The notes beneath the pieces were generated by a model. It was not told the DNA's origin. It ran no database searches and saw only the letters and a list, made by a program, of their open reading frames with translations. From assembly GCF_009914755.1 (NCBI RefSeq), contig NC_060932.1: a stretch of 64,000 nucleotides of DNA. One strand, 5' to 3'. Source of the stretch: the human T2T-CHM13v2.0 reference genome, Homo sapiens. Made by a program: the position numbers and the translations under genes. Below, one piece after another: positions 16,841-33,792 of the stretch; the first letter of the stretch is position 1; each line of letters opens with the position of its first letter.

Positions 16841-18741
16841 AGGGGAGGTCAGTAGGTGGAGAGATGCGCCTGCCTGTTCCACAAAACAAGCCCAGTGCGG
16901 CGGGAGTTAGGGAGTTCCCGGCACAAACAAATTCGCCCTTGTCTAGTCACCCCCTGCCTGCTCTTCTGGAGCGCACTTGGCTTCAGGCAGCCCTTCAACA
17001 GCTCTGGGCGTCCCCAGGAGGTGGTCTTCCGTGAGATCTAAAAGAAAGAGCTCACGTCTACCGGAAAAGTGTCCATTTTCCTGACTTCCTGAGAGCTCCA
17101 GCTCATTGCAAGTGAGACAGAAGCCCAGAGAGGCTCTTGTCCTTGGAGACTGAAAGACGCAGCTGAAGTGGTTGCAGCTCCTACAGGGCAAGGAAAAAGG
17201 AGATGCTTGATCAAGGGCTGCATTCTGGCTTTGCAGCCGCCTCCCAGGGACTCTTGTGGCATCCGCTGCAGCCTCATTTCCTGCCCGCCCGTAGGCACCA
17301 GACTGCCTCAGCCTGAGTGCTGGGGCTGCCACAGTGACCCTTATGCTGATGCCAGAGTGATTTGGAAAAACTCTCGGCTTCTGTCATTCTTGTGTGGCTG
17401 TCTTCTTTCTCTAGGGCTCAGGAAATCTGGGCCATAGGCAGCACCCCTGGCTTCACATCCACCTTCACTCTCCAGCCTTTGACCTTGCCTGGAGCACCCC
17501 CACTTTCGCTTCCTTTGGGAGGAATTATTTCTTTCTTGTCCAAGAGCCTCCTTAGTTTCTCATGTGGTGGTACCTACCCCTATCAATCTTCCACAGTACA
17601 GAGAAGCCTCAGAACAGACCCAGCATGGGTTCAAGCTCGTTCTTTTAAAGAGCATTTACGTGTTAATCTGTCACCGGTGCCCCTCTCCCCAGCACTATTC
17701 AGGAATGCTTGTGTGGATTGGACAGATTTCCATCGTGTTTCTCAGAAAGGAGTAAGAAAGCCAGTGGTTTTCCTTTTCTGGATGGTAGGGCTTTCTCTTC
17801 TTGTTTGATTACAACAGGATTTACAAGATCTAGGTGACAGTACATTATCCTTCTATCCAGCAGAGTGGGCTTACATAGAATAGAGGAGTCTTTTAGTAAA
17901 ACGTGTTTTACTGACAAAAGAAAAGGTTTCTCAAGCCTTCACCCAGTTTCTACCTAGCCTGGTGGCAAATGCTGGAAAAGGAGAAGATGCAGAATGCATA
18001 GGAATGTGGGGGGTGGTACCAAAGACAAGCCTTTTCTTAGACTTGCCACTTGGCCCTATTCTGTGTCTAGTGGAGAATAGGAATTAGAAACCAAAGAATT
18101 GATGTTCTTTAAAAAGAAGATAAGGCACGTAGGCAGGGCACATATGGAGCTATAGTTGTGGAAATATGCTTTTCGGTCTGAAATATAACTTATTTTATTT
18201 CATGTGAACTTACTATTAAAATGGGGGAAGTGGATCTACCTCTTTGAGAAACTGACCTTGAAATAGTAGGAAATTTATTATTCCTCACATATTCATGGGA
18301 ACTTTGGAAAGAGTCAAGACATTTGGCAACCTGCTCAGGAGATATTATGGGATGCCTACCAAGTGGAGGATACTGTGCTAAGACTTTGGAGTGGTTGAGC
18401 CCAAGCAAGGGCAGAGCGTTGTTACTTCTTCACTCACCTAACTGCACATTTATTGAGCGCCACTGGGTAATTTACCTCTGACGGTTTTTGCTTCTGTTCA
18501 TATCTGTGTTATTAACACTTTCTCCAGGGTTTCTTGTGAAAAATAAATGGGATAAAGTTGTTTAGCAATACTTGTTAACAGGTAAGAGATTGGTAAACAG
18601 TTATTTCTCTATCCTTTGCCACACTTAGAATAAAATAATAAATTCTTTGTGTGGCATTTATGACCCTTTTTAAAACCAACCCACATACCTATCTGGTCTT
18701 ATTTCCCAGGACTTCCATGTCTGGAGCGCCTATGAGAACAG

Positions 18742-19118
18742 TGTACTAGTTTGCTGGAGCTGCCATAACCAAGTTCAGTACAAACCTATTACCTCCCAGC
18801 TCTGGAGGCCAGGAGTCCAAAATCAAGGTGTTGGCAGGAGTCCAAAATCAAGGTGAGGGCTGTGAGGGCAAGATCTGTTCCAGGCCTGTCTCCTTGGCTT
18901 GTAGATGGCCATATTTTGTATGCATCTTTCTTGTTTAAAATTCCTTTCTGTATAAGCCCACCAGACATACTGAATAAGGGCCCACACTAATGGCATTATT
19001 TTAATGTAACTAATCACATCCGCAACAACACTATTTCCAAATAAGGCAACACTCTGAGGTACTGGGGGTTAGGACGGCAGCATGTGAGTTTGGGAGGGAG
19101 ACAGTTTAGCCCATGACA
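18742..19118 (-). mobile_element. MLT1B/C MaLR solo LTR
   Basis: TGTACTAGTTTGCTGGAGCTGCCATAAC...TTTCCAAATAAGG...CTGAGGTACTGGGGGTTAGG...TTTAGCCCATGACA; internal 25-bp-period duplication at 18810-18855. Confidence 0.85.
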
Positions 19119-20659
19119 AGGGGTCTTGTTTTTCTTGCAGAATCGGAACTCACCCTGTTCTCCTCTCCACTCTTGCTCTCTCTGGTCTCCTAAAATCCTT
19201 TCCTAGTGAAATTTGTCTCCTCCTGCAAGTCAAATTAAATGTTCACATCCTCTGTGGAGCTTCTTCTGATTTCTTTAACTGAAATTCACTGACTGCTTTT
19301 GAATCACACATGCAATTATTTTACCTTATTTAAAAAATAATTTTATTTTAGTGATTATTTTCTATATCACTTCTTGTATAGTACAATTCAGTTAATAAAT
19401 ATTTTAATAAATGAAATTATTTGTGAAGATGTTTCTTCTTCCTAACTGGGCCGTAAACTCTTAAATTAAGACATCATGTTTATACTTTTCATAACGAATA
19501 TATTTTTTTAAACACAGATCCTTGTACGCAGGGGAGAAGAACAGAGACAATACTCATGTGGGAAAGAGGAAGAGCCTTTGGGGAAGGCCTCATTTAGACA
19601 AGGCTGCAGAGGATGGCTTTTCCTTGGTAGACACTTCAAGGTCCTCTACCTGTTAGCTTTGAAAGTTGGTTCCAACCGCAAATGGAGAGTAGTTTTATCT
19701 AAAGATAAATGCATGCATGGGATTGATGGAAAAAATCAGAACATCGATGTATTAACTCACAGTGAGAAATGAACTGTCATAAACACTGAAGGGCAGTGTC
19801 TTCTGATTATCTCCTATGGAAAACCAGATATAATCAAAAGTTTGCTGGATGAGCCTGGAGTCAGACCAAGGGAAAATCAATAAAGGATTTGAATATTTAA
19901 TGGTATCAGTTTAAGATAGTCTGACAAATTCATCTCCATGGTGTCAGCTGCCAATGGAATAACATTCTTGAGTCTATCGGCTAAATGAGCAGGCACTAGC
20001 AATGTATGAATCTTGAGCTATTCTTCCTCTTTGTGTAATACGATTATTCTGAGTTTTATAATCTGAGATCACACCTTCCTTTTAATAACCAAATTTAAAA
20101 TACTTTATGGCTTCCCTATGGCGTGACTATAAACAATTCAGCCACCTCTCAAATATTTCTGAGAATTTCTTGTCCTGCTTGTCATTTATTATCTCTCACT
20201 CTAAACTACTCCCAAGTTGCCTTGTTAGTCACTGCTTGCCATCTTATTACTATCCCTGTATGTTGCTTTAGCTAGCACTAGTTCAGTACCATCACTGTAT
20301 CCTTCCTCTTTCTCCCTTACAAGAGGGTCACTTGACTGTACTCGTTAACTAGTTTGCAGGAAATCTGCAGGGAATTTCAAAACAGGAAAGGAAAAAATAA
20401 TCAACCAGATATCACCGCTCCCAAAGAGCACTGGCCATGGTCCATCACAGACTATCCGTTAGTGGCAATTTCTCTACCACCATGTTGTTGAAACTCCTAT
20501 CCTACTCAAATTAGAGGCCTCTTTTCTATCTTCTCTCTTGCTCTCTTCAGCCCCAAAGTTCTCAAACTGCCCTCTCCAACCCATATGGAAAAACAATAGC
20601 AAAATTCCTTCTCTAGAGAAAAATCCCAACCACATTCTATGATGGTGCTATCATTTCCA

Positions 20660-22990
<2,331 letters not shown>

Positions 22991-23134
22991 GAGCAGAAGT
23001 GCAATTAAGGTTCTCATGATCTCATCCTATCTTTCCAAACTAAATCCTGCACCATACCTCAAACCAAAAGAGTCCATAGGCATGTTTTTCCAATCTGAAG
23101 ATGAGCTTTTTCCTAACTTGTTTCCATCCTGAGT

Positions 23135-24346
23135 GGTTTTTTCCGTGACATCAAACATATAATATATTTTCCAACACCAATTCTCCAGTTCTCAGACACT
23201 AGCTGTTATGGACCGAATGTTTGTGCCCCTTTGCCAATTCATACATTGAAACCCTAACCCTCAGTGTAGCTGTATGTAGAGTAAAAAAACTTATTAAAGA
23301 TGGGACTCTGATCTGATAGGATTAGTGTCCTTATAAGAAGAAGCACCAGAGATATCTCTCTTTCTCTCTTTCTCTGTCTCTGTCTCTCTCTCTCTCTCTC
23401 TTCCCTGCATGCATGCACCAAAGAAAGCCCACGTGAAGACACAGGGACAAGGCAGCCGTCTGCAAGCCAGGAAGTGAGTCCTCACCAGAAACCAACCCTG
23501 CTGGCACCTTCATCTTAGACTTCAAGCATCCAGAGCTATGAGGAAATATATTGCTTTTTATTTAAGCCACCCAGTCTATGGTATTTTGTTATGAAAGCTC
23601 AAGTAGAATAATACACTAATTATCCAGAGCTAGTGCAGACCCCACAGGTTAGCAGATTCAGCTGAAGATTGCCCTTGCCTTAGATATCAGCTCCCAAGTG
23701 TACCTGCCCTTCTGTCTGTCATGGCTATAAGTCCAAAGGCTCCCATGATCCTTCTTCATTTTCATAATTCATTACAGCAACCCACAGAATGCAGGGAAAT
23801 ACTTACAATTACTGGTTTATTAGGAAAGATACAATTCAGAGCACTCGAATGGAAGAGAAACAGCGGGCAAGGGGAGTGGGGAGTCCATGCAGAGCTCTTG
23901 TGACCTCTCCAAGCATGTCACCTTAACAGTACCTCATGCATTCCCCAAGGGAGAGGCTCTCTGTACCATCATTTCAGGAGTTTTATGGAGGTTGCATTAC
24001 ATAAACATGATTGAGTAAATCATTAGCCATTGGTGATTCAATCTTCAGCCCCTCTGTCATCCCCAGAGGTTGAGGAATGGGCTGACAATTTCAATTCTTT
24101 AATTGCACTTTGGTTTTTCTGGTGACCAGCTTCCATCCTAACACTATGTAGGGGCCCACGAAGAGTCACCTCATTAGCATAAACTCAGGTATGGTTGATA
24201 GGGGCTTGATAGGAACTTATTCCTACGATTCTTGTCTTACAAGAGGTTCTATCATCCTTATCACTCTGGAAATTTCAAGGATTTTAGGAGCTCTGTGCCA
24301 GGAACTAGGGACAAAGACCAAATATTTATTTTCTGTTATGCAATAC
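23135..24346 (-). mobile_element. MER21 (B/C-like) ERVL-class LTR, interrupted by MLT1A
   Basis: GGAAATTTCAAGGATTTTAGGAGCTCTGTGCCAGGAACTAGGGACAAAGACCAAATAT is the reverse complement of the MER21 5' end; GCAGACCCCACAGGTT also present. Confidence 0.85.
23204..23615 (+). mobile_element. MLT1A/MLT1A0 solo LTR with (CT)n tract
   Basis: TGTTATGGACCGAATGTTTGTG ... TTTAAGCCACCCAGTCTATGGTATTTTGTTAT...AATACA. Confidence 0.9.
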
Positions 24347-25759
24347 ACACTCTTTGGATGCTGACATGGCTACAGACAGCTCTAGAAATAGCAGCCACAG
24401 CTTCTGCTGCTGTCTTCATGGATGGCCATACCCTCTTCTTTTTGACCAAGCAGACATTCTGTCAATGTTCAGCTGCAATCAAACCATACTGGTGTAACAG
24501 CCATCATCTCTTTCCAAGATGACTTTCTGGATTTCTTTTCCAATTCATTATATCTTGATTTTAATCTTCAACTCTCAGAATTCTTTTATTGCCAAATTCT
24601 TCAGGGATACTTCATGGTAGACTTCATATACCCAATAAATAATGTATTGAGTGGGTAAGTCCCACAAGAGCACAGAAATAAATAAAAAGATTAAATGGCT
24701 ACTTTTTGGTTACTTTTTATAATTGTTCTCTGTTTGAATGTTTCATATTAATATGTAGAGAGGAAGTTCATTAATTTTTATTTTGTGTTGCTTAAATGAT
24801 TCTGTGTGATATCTATAAGTGCACCTATTTGACTACTACTTTCCATATCTAATGCTCACTTTTCTGTGCTCAAAGATAAGCTGCCATAGGTCTGATTGTC
24901 ACCTGCTATCAGTGTCTTGGCAAGTACATACAATACTGTATTCTGGGATAAAACAAACTACTCAAGAAGCCACAATTAATCTCGAAATTATTTAAATGAA
25001 ATGATAAACCATTACCATAGAAATGTTCCAAATTGATAAAGTGTTTTTGGACTTACTACCTGATGCCTTTAAAACATACATTGAGTACCTTCCCTTGCCT
25101 AAAGCATCAGGTTTGTAATATTAACTTTGTCTTATGAATAATGACATATACACAAAAAAAAGCTTCAGGTGATTTTCTCAGGGTGTTTTAAAGTTTAGAA
25201 AGGAATTTGGGTTTTTCCTTTTTCTTCTTTTGGAGAAGAGTGGTTAATTTACTAAAGAATACTAAGGTTGTTATACATTATATATTTCAGAGTGAAACCC
25301 ATTATAAATGGCATAACAGCAGCACTTGTTCATAAGATATTGTAAATAGCCTTTTCTAAAACTCGGAAGGATCTTAGTTTTATTATTAAATCAAATCACA
25401 TAGTTTTATAGATGAGAAAGTTAGGTCACCGAGAGCAGCCTAGATTGAAATTCACACTGGGCTCCCCTAGACCGACAGCTCCCTCCTCTTCCCAGAATGA
25501 TAAACGGCCTTGGAAGCAACAAATCAACATGAAGCGGGCAATGCCAGTTGTATTCCCACTTCTTCGCCTTATATTTTACTAGCAAACTGCTCAAAATTTC
25601 TTTTTCAGAAATAATGTATGGCTTTCAAACTAAGTTGAGCTGCCACACAGAGCCCAGAGATTCTACACTTGATATTTTTTATTACAAGCATTTGCAGCTG
25701 GGAATCATGGTGACACCATGGCAAGCAGTATGTCTTGAAGTCACGCAGATAGAAAGCAG

Positions 25760-26160
25760 CAGGACCTAGTGGAGGAATAATGAGCTCTGGGGTCAGGCAG
25801 AGCATCCCTCAGAGTTGTGACTTGGTCACCGTGAGACTCTTGGTTGCTCAGAGTCCTGACTGGACGAATCACTTAACCCCTTTGAGGCTTAACTTACTCA
25901 TCTGTCAAATGAGAAATAAGTTGCAGGGTTATGTAAGGACTAAATGTACAGTGTCTAACACAGTCAACACAGTCGAAGACGCTGAATAATTGAAAACTCT
26001 TAAAGTTGTTTCTGTATTTTTGGTCGTTTACTAAGTGACCAAATTTTCAAATTTCGGCAAATTATTTAATCTCTCTGAGACTGTAGGCTCATTGGCAAAG
26101 TAGAAAAATAATATCAATCTTACAGGATCGTCATGAGAATTAAATGATAAAAATACATAT
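25760..26160 (+). mobile_element. Two tandem MIR fragments
   Basis: CACTTAACCCCTTTGAGGCTT...CTCATCTGTCAAATGAG and GGCAAATTATTTAATCTCTCTGAG...ATGAGAATTAAATGA. Confidence 0.65.
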
Positions 26161-26816
26161 AATAGCCTTCAATATATATTTCTTCATTTTTTTCTGCCTG
26201 CTTTTCTCCTGCCAATAATGTGTCTGGTTAATCTCAATTAGTGATGAGTTTAGATTGAATTTTCAATGAAGAACTTAATGGCAAGGGTGTCTATGTCTTC
26301 ATTTTAGGTGGTACGTCATTGACCCTTACACTCTAAAAGTCAGAACCACTAATGGATTGAGTTGTGGTTTCCTTGATTTTGGGAAGCACCTCTTCCAAGA
26401 GGTTTCTGATGAAAGGTTCTTGCATTAATCATTGAAACTCTTAACTCTGTGGAGAGTTGGTGATGTTTGCCCTGGAAAAGCTTACACATCCACTAGTATG
26501 TAAAATGTTCATAATATAAGTTTTCAAGTTTATCTCACAAAGAGAAGAGGCTGGAGCTTATGACTCAGCCCCCAGTCTGGAGTCAGCTGGTTTTCCTAGA
26601 ATGAAAGTTTGGCCACGCGTCTTTCAGGGTGCAGAGAAAGATTTTGTCCTTGTTAACCGTGATGTAAACTCTGGCAGGTGAATGTGTTTAGATCAGAAGC
26701 AGTTGCCTTTGCACTTTTGCAAACAGTGGATGTGAAAAAGGGCAAGGTCTTGACTGGCACTTGGAAAATATTACTGTGAGAAAGGCACCAGTGGATACAA
26801 AAGAACTGCTATTTCT

Positions 26817-27108
26817 TTTTTTTTGTTTGAGACAAAGTCTCACTCTGTCACCCAGGCTGGAGTGCAGTGGTGGGATCTCGGCTCACTGCAACTTCAGCCT
26901 CCCAAGTTCAAGCAATTCTTTGCCTCCACCTCCTGAGTAGCTGGGATTACAAGGCACCCACCAACATGCCTGGCTAATTTTTGTATTTTTAGTAGAGAAG
27001 GGGTTTCACCATCTTGCCCAGGCTAGTCTTGAACTCCTGACCTCGTGATCCACCTGCCTCGGCCTCACAAAGTGCTGGGATTACAGGCGTGAGCCACTTC
27101 ACCTGGCC
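26817..27108 (-). mobile_element. AluS (Sg-like)
   Basis: Full dimer with CTGACCTCGTGATCC; 16-bp TSD AAGAACTGCTATTTCT at 26801-26816 and 27109-27124. Confidence 0.96.
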
Positions 27109-28633
27109 AAGAACTGCTATTTCTGACTCAGACCTGCCCATAAATGAAAGAATATTTGCTGGTTACACTAAAAATTACAGGTGATTTCTTCTTCTTTTTC
27201 TCCTTCTTAAAAAATCTTTCTTATAAAAATTACTAATTTGTTCATACTTTTCTAAAACAGATTTGGGAGAGAAGTGATACAGCCAAGCATTTTTGTTGTT
27301 ATTGTTGTCAGAGAGCATCATAACTGTTTCCACTGTATAGCAAATAAAAAAGCTTGGACTAGACTCAGCATAACAGACAATGCTGGAGTCAGCAGAACTT
27401 GATTTTATTTTGGAACTTACTTATTGGGAGAATTTGGAAAAAGAAAATAATGCATTCACTCCAGCAACAACAAAAGTTAAATTCTGAGACAGATTGTGAA
27501 ATTAAATCGGATGATCCATGCTTGTAATACTTATCACAAAACCTAGCATCGTGTACAGAACAGACTATTCCTGCATCTCATCTTGTTTAATTAGAAAACA
27601 CAATTGGAAGTTCAGGTATGCCTGGATACTTATTAAATCCATTTAATACTGTTCTCAAAAGATCCTAGTGTCATCCAATTGCAAACAACAAACTGCTTAC
27701 CTCTTATGGATTTTATAATTTTTCATACTTACTCTGCATTATTTCCATGGTATGATAACCTGATCTGCTGGTGTTTATGAGTATGTACATTGTTATCTAA
27801 TTTTTAATTATATAGCTTTAATTTTATTACTTTTTTCAGAGGAAGTGTATCAGTGTCATCTGTTTATAACCAATTAAGTTATGGACTATGTGCCATTAGC
27901 AACCTTGAATAAGTCTTGATAGTTTAATAATTCTTATAAACAACAGATATTCCAGAGTCTGGCATGAAGTACTTTATGAACCACAGGACCAACAAAAGCT
28001 TTCACTGACTCTACTACAATATCATAAGTGAAGAAGTTGTATTTTGTGGTATACAATTATATCTTCTTCTGTTTTAAGTAATTAGTTTGATATTAAAAGT
28101 ATCCGATTAATTCAGAACATCCAAACCAGTGAGAGCAATGATTATGTAAATGAAGCATAAACAATTAAAAATGAAAAATCATGAGTGTCTGGATCTAAAG
28201 GCTTTCAAAACACTGGGTGTGTTCTAGAACCAGTTCATCTTCAGAGCAGTGTCTAGGAGGGTAAAGTTAAGTAGAAAATCACATTGTAGACTTCTCAGTT
28301 TAATCTTCATCTAAGTGATACTCAACTGCCTAACAACAAAAGAATAGGTGTGCTCATTATCATTTAGATGCTGTTTTACCAAAACATTAATTTAGATTTC
28401 AATCCCCTTTTCAATTAAAAATTCAGGAAAGCAAAAATGTAAATGCCTTGCCACGGACACACCAATATTGGAAATTAGGTGAGACAGATGCCCTGCCACC
28501 TATCTTGTATCTAGTCAGATGTTAGTTATTAAGACTATGTGAACATTTTCTCTTGTTAGAAAGTCCTGCTACATTTTCCTCTGCTACTCAAAAATAAAAA
28601 TAAGTTTAGAGAATATTGTCTGATCAAAATAAC

Positions 28634-28895
28634 AGCCGGGCACAGTGGCTCACATCTGTAATCCCAGCACTCTGGGAGGCTGAGGCAGGTCGATCACCTG
28701 AGGTCAGGAACTCGAGACCAGCCTGACCAATATGGCGAAACCCCTTCTCTACTAAAAATACAAAAATTAGCTGGGCATGGTGGAGGGTGCCTGTAGTCCC
28801 AGCTATTCAGGAGGCTGAGACAGGAGAATGGCGTGAGCTGCGATCATGTCATTGCATTCCAGCCTGGGCGACAGAGCAAGACTCCGTCTCAAAAA

Positions 28896-28938
<43 letters not shown>

Positions 28939-28950
28939 AATAAAATAAAA
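28634..28950 (+). mobile_element. AluS (Sq/Sx-like) with ~25-bp right-arm deletion and (TAAA)n tail
   Basis: GATCACCTGAGGTCAGG; GAATGGCGTGA joined to GCTGCGATC; (AAAT)n at about 28893-28940. Confidence 0.93.
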
Positions 28951-29006
28951 CAAACATTTTTATTTACTAGAACCATTTCTTTTTGGCTTTTAAGTTATTG
29001 TCTGGG

Positions 29007-29245
29007 GGCCAGGTGTGGTGGCTCACGCCTGTAATCCCAGCACTTTGGGAGGCCGAGGCGGGTGGATCACTTGAAGTCTGGAGTTCAAGACCAGCCTGAC
29101 CAACATGGTGAAATCCTGTCTCCACTAAAAATGCAAAAATTACCTGGGCGTGGTGGCACATGTCTGTAATCCCAGCAACTTGGGAGGCTGAGGCAAGAGA
29201 ATTGCATGGACCCAGGAGGCGGCGGTTGCATGCTGCACTGCCCAG
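29007..29245 (+). mobile_element. AluS, 3'-truncated
   Basis: Left arm, linker and most of right arm; similarity lost after GGTTGCA; no tail. Confidence 0.9.
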
Positions 29246-30547
29246 ATAAATACTTGATTGAAACAAAGAGAAAATGTATTTCCTTTTTCTGGATTTTTTG
29301 GCTCTCACAGTTGTTATATTTATTTTACATTTATTGTTACCTGATATAATTTTGTCAGAAGACACATGGTAAATATTCCTAAAGTTTCAAGGAGAGCCAG
29401 TACAAGAATGTGAAAAATCTAGACTAGGTACAAGAACATGACTTGGGGAGTGGGGAACGTTGGCATCTGGAAAGATGGAGTAGGAATACTTTTCCATATT
29501 CCTGCCGCTTAGCGCAACTGAAAACCCTGGACCGTGTATGCAGAACAACCACAGGAAGGTTCTGAAAGATGGAGATGGAAGACCAACAGGGACATGGGGA
29601 CACTGGGGCCTGAGGAACAACCCTGCGTTTTTTATTTGCCTCACATATCAGGCTGAATAGTGGACAGGCTAACACCTGGAAAGGCCAACCCTCCAAATAA
29701 AATTTCCGCTCCCTCCAGACAAATGACAAGGAAAGGGCAGCCTACAAAGACAGAAAAGCTTTCAAACAATGACCACTCTACTCCAGCCAAACACCATAGA
29801 AACAAATGGGTCTGCTTCTTCACTCCCTGCCACCAAAAGCTGAATGGACAGGCCATATTTCCACACTCCCCAGACCATAATAACTTTCCCAAATGCCCTG
29901 AGCAGAGTGATATCAGAGAAGAAGGAGGAGAAAGCCAAAACTCTCATCCCCACTGGAGGGTAATGAGGTCCCTTTTCCACAAGATGACAATGAAGACCAC
30001 ATTGGGATCCTGGACTTCCAATTCACTGGCAGTAATGAGGTACCCTTCCTTCCCCTATCAGAAGAGGATCAGTGAAGTGTCAGGACCTTCACCACCACTC
30101 AGGGGCAGCAAGGATACTCCTCCCCACAGTGTGAGCGGAGGCCACATGGGGCACAATGACAAAGCACTCCTGCCACTCCCAGCCAGGGTGGTATCTGTGG
30201 GGACCCAACAAGGGGCAGTAGCTCCTATCCCACCGAGTTGTAGTGAGGATCACTCCCACTCCAGGATCAATACAGGTCAAGTGGGGAAACTGTACTTCCA
30301 CCCCCTACCTGGCAGTCATGACACAGTGACCCCCACCCCCACTCCTATTAGAGTAGTATCAGAAAAGTCCACATAAAACAAAGGATTTAAATAAGATCCA
30401 GAGTTTTAGAACATAATACCCAAAGTATTATGTAATTAGAAATCACTCATTATGCTAAGAATCAACTTAAATGAGAAAAAGCAATCAATAGACCAAAAAC
30501 ACCAACATGGCAGAGATGTTAGAATTATCTGGCAAGCATTTTATTGT

Positions 30548-30880
<333 letters not shown>

Positions 30881-33473
30881 TGACAAGGATTTTAAAGCAC
30901 CCATGGTGAAAATGATCCAATGAGCAATTATAAACAACCTTGAAATTAATGAAAATATAGAAAATCTCAGCAAATAAATACAAAAAAGAAGACCAAATGG
31001 AAATTTTAGCACTTAGAAAATACAGTTACCAAAATACAAAACTCAATGAATGAACTCAAGAGCAGAATGGAGGAAAGAATCAGTGAACTGGAAGACAGAA
31101 CAAGAGAAACTACCCAAGCTGAATAACAGAAGGAAATAGACAGGAAAAAAAAAAAAAGTTCACAGCCTTAGGGACCTGAAGAACCATAATAATAAAGATC
31201 TAATGCTTATGTCATTAGAGTCCCTGGAGGAAAGTAGCTAAAAATATTTGCAGAAAATAATGGCTGAAAATTCACCAAATTTGGCAAAAGACATATGCCT
31301 ATAGATTTAAGAAGCTATATGATCCAAACAGGGTAAATCCAAAGAAATTTATATAAAGGCACATTATCGTCAAAGTTCTAAAAAGCAAAAATAAAGAAAA
31401 ACACTTGAAAGAAGTTAGAGAGAAAGAAAAGCTTACATTTAGAAAAAAAAGCAATTTGAACAACAGCAGATTTCTTATTAGAAAACATGGAGCCCAGATG
31501 AAGAAGCACAATATTTTTAAGAGCTGAAATAAAAGAAGTGTCAACTAGAATTCTATAGCCAGTGAAAATGTCCTCCAGGAATGAAGGGGAAGTCAAGTCA
31601 TTGTCAGATGAAGGAAAAATGAGATAATTTCTTGCTCACATACCTACCTTAAAAGAATGGGGAAAGAAGTTCTCTAAACGGAAAGGAAATAATAAAAGAG
31701 AGACTCTTGAAACATTAGGACAGAAGAAAGAACAAGATAAAGAGAAAATATATGAATGAATATTAATTTTCTTCTTTCTGACTTATGTTTGAAAGTTGAA
31801 ACAAACATTATAACACTGACGAATGTGATTCTCAATGTACGTAGAGGAAATACATAAACAATTATAAATGGGAGAATAAAGAGATGGATTTCTACACATC
31901 ACTCAAGCTGGTTGCCTCAGGAGACTGAAATAAGCCATATATACACATGCACAAACACACTCACACACATACACAAATATGTGATATATAAACCACTGAA
32001 AATCTTTGTATACAAACTTATATAAAGAGATACACTCAAAAAATCTATAGATAAATAGAATTACTGGAATTATAAAAATAAATTCAAATAACTCAAAAAA
32101 GATAAGAAAAGGAAACACAGAAACACAAAACAGAAAGAACAGATAACAAAAAATAAAATGGCAGATGTAAGCCCTATAATGCCAATAACTCCATTAAATG
32201 CATCAATTCAAGGACAGAGATTGGTAAATTTAATTTTTAAAAAACCATGACCTAACCATATTCTGTCTACAAAAAACTCTCTTCAAATATAATGATCTAG
32301 ATAGGTTAAAATAAAAGGGTGAAAAAAGGTATACCATCAAAACACTAATCAATATTAAGCAGGGTGGGTATATTAATATCAGATAATGTAGACTTCAGGT
32401 CAAGGATAATTACAGGGACATTGAGGGCCATTACATAAGATCACTTCTTGATCTATCCACCAAGAAGCATAGCAATCCTGGTGTATCCACCAAACAATAG
32501 AACTGCAAAATATGTGAAGCCAGAACTGATACAATGAAAGGAGAAATAGACAAATCCACAATTATATGTGGAGACATCAACATCCTTCTTTCAATTACTG
32601 ACAGAGCAGCTAGACAGAAAATCCAAGGATAAAGAAGAATAACACAGCAGCTGACATTAATAGAACATGTTACCTAACAACAGAATAGATATTCTTTTCA
32701 AGTGCCCCAGGAACATATACTAAGATAAAACATATCCTGAGTCATGAAATAAACCACAACAAATTTAAAAGAATTTAAATCATTCAGAGTGGACTGTGTG
32801 ACCACAATGGAACCAAACTAGAAATCAAAAGCAGAAAGTAACAGGAAAATCTCCAAACACTAAACAACACACCTCTAAATAAGCCATGAGTCAATGAGAA
32901 AGCCTGAGGGGAAAAATGAAAATTACATTTAAATGAATGGAAATTAAAATACAGACTATCAAAACTTTCAGAACACAGGTAAAGCAATGCTGAAGGAAAT
33001 TTGCAGCACTAAATGCTTACATTAGAAGAGAAAAATTTTAATCCAATAATCTAAGCTTTTACCTCAATAAACTATAAATATAAGATCAAAATGATCCCAA
33101 GGAAGCAGAAAGAAATAAATTATAAAAAAGCATGTATCAATGAAGTTAAAAACAGAAAAAAATCAATAGAGGAAATCAATGAAACAAGAACCTGGTTCTT
33201 TGAAAAATTGATAAAATTGTCAAATCTTTCACAAGCTTGACAAAGAAATAAAAGATAGAAGACAATTACTAACTCAGGAATGAAGCATAGGATATCATTG
33301 CAGACCTTACGTACATTTAATAAGGAAATGCTACGCACAACCTCACAAATGTAAACTTGACAACTTAGATGAAGTGAATCAATTTCTCAAAAAGCGGGAA
33401 CTATCACAAATCACCCAATATGAACTATATCATCTAAATGGTCCCAAAGTTATTAAGAAATTTATATCCTTAG

Positions 33474-33792
<319 letters not shown>

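Noticed and set aside
16943-17808. Overlapping 129- and 148-aa ORFs
   Set aside because: Expected in a GC-richer patch; non-ATG starts and no family resemblance
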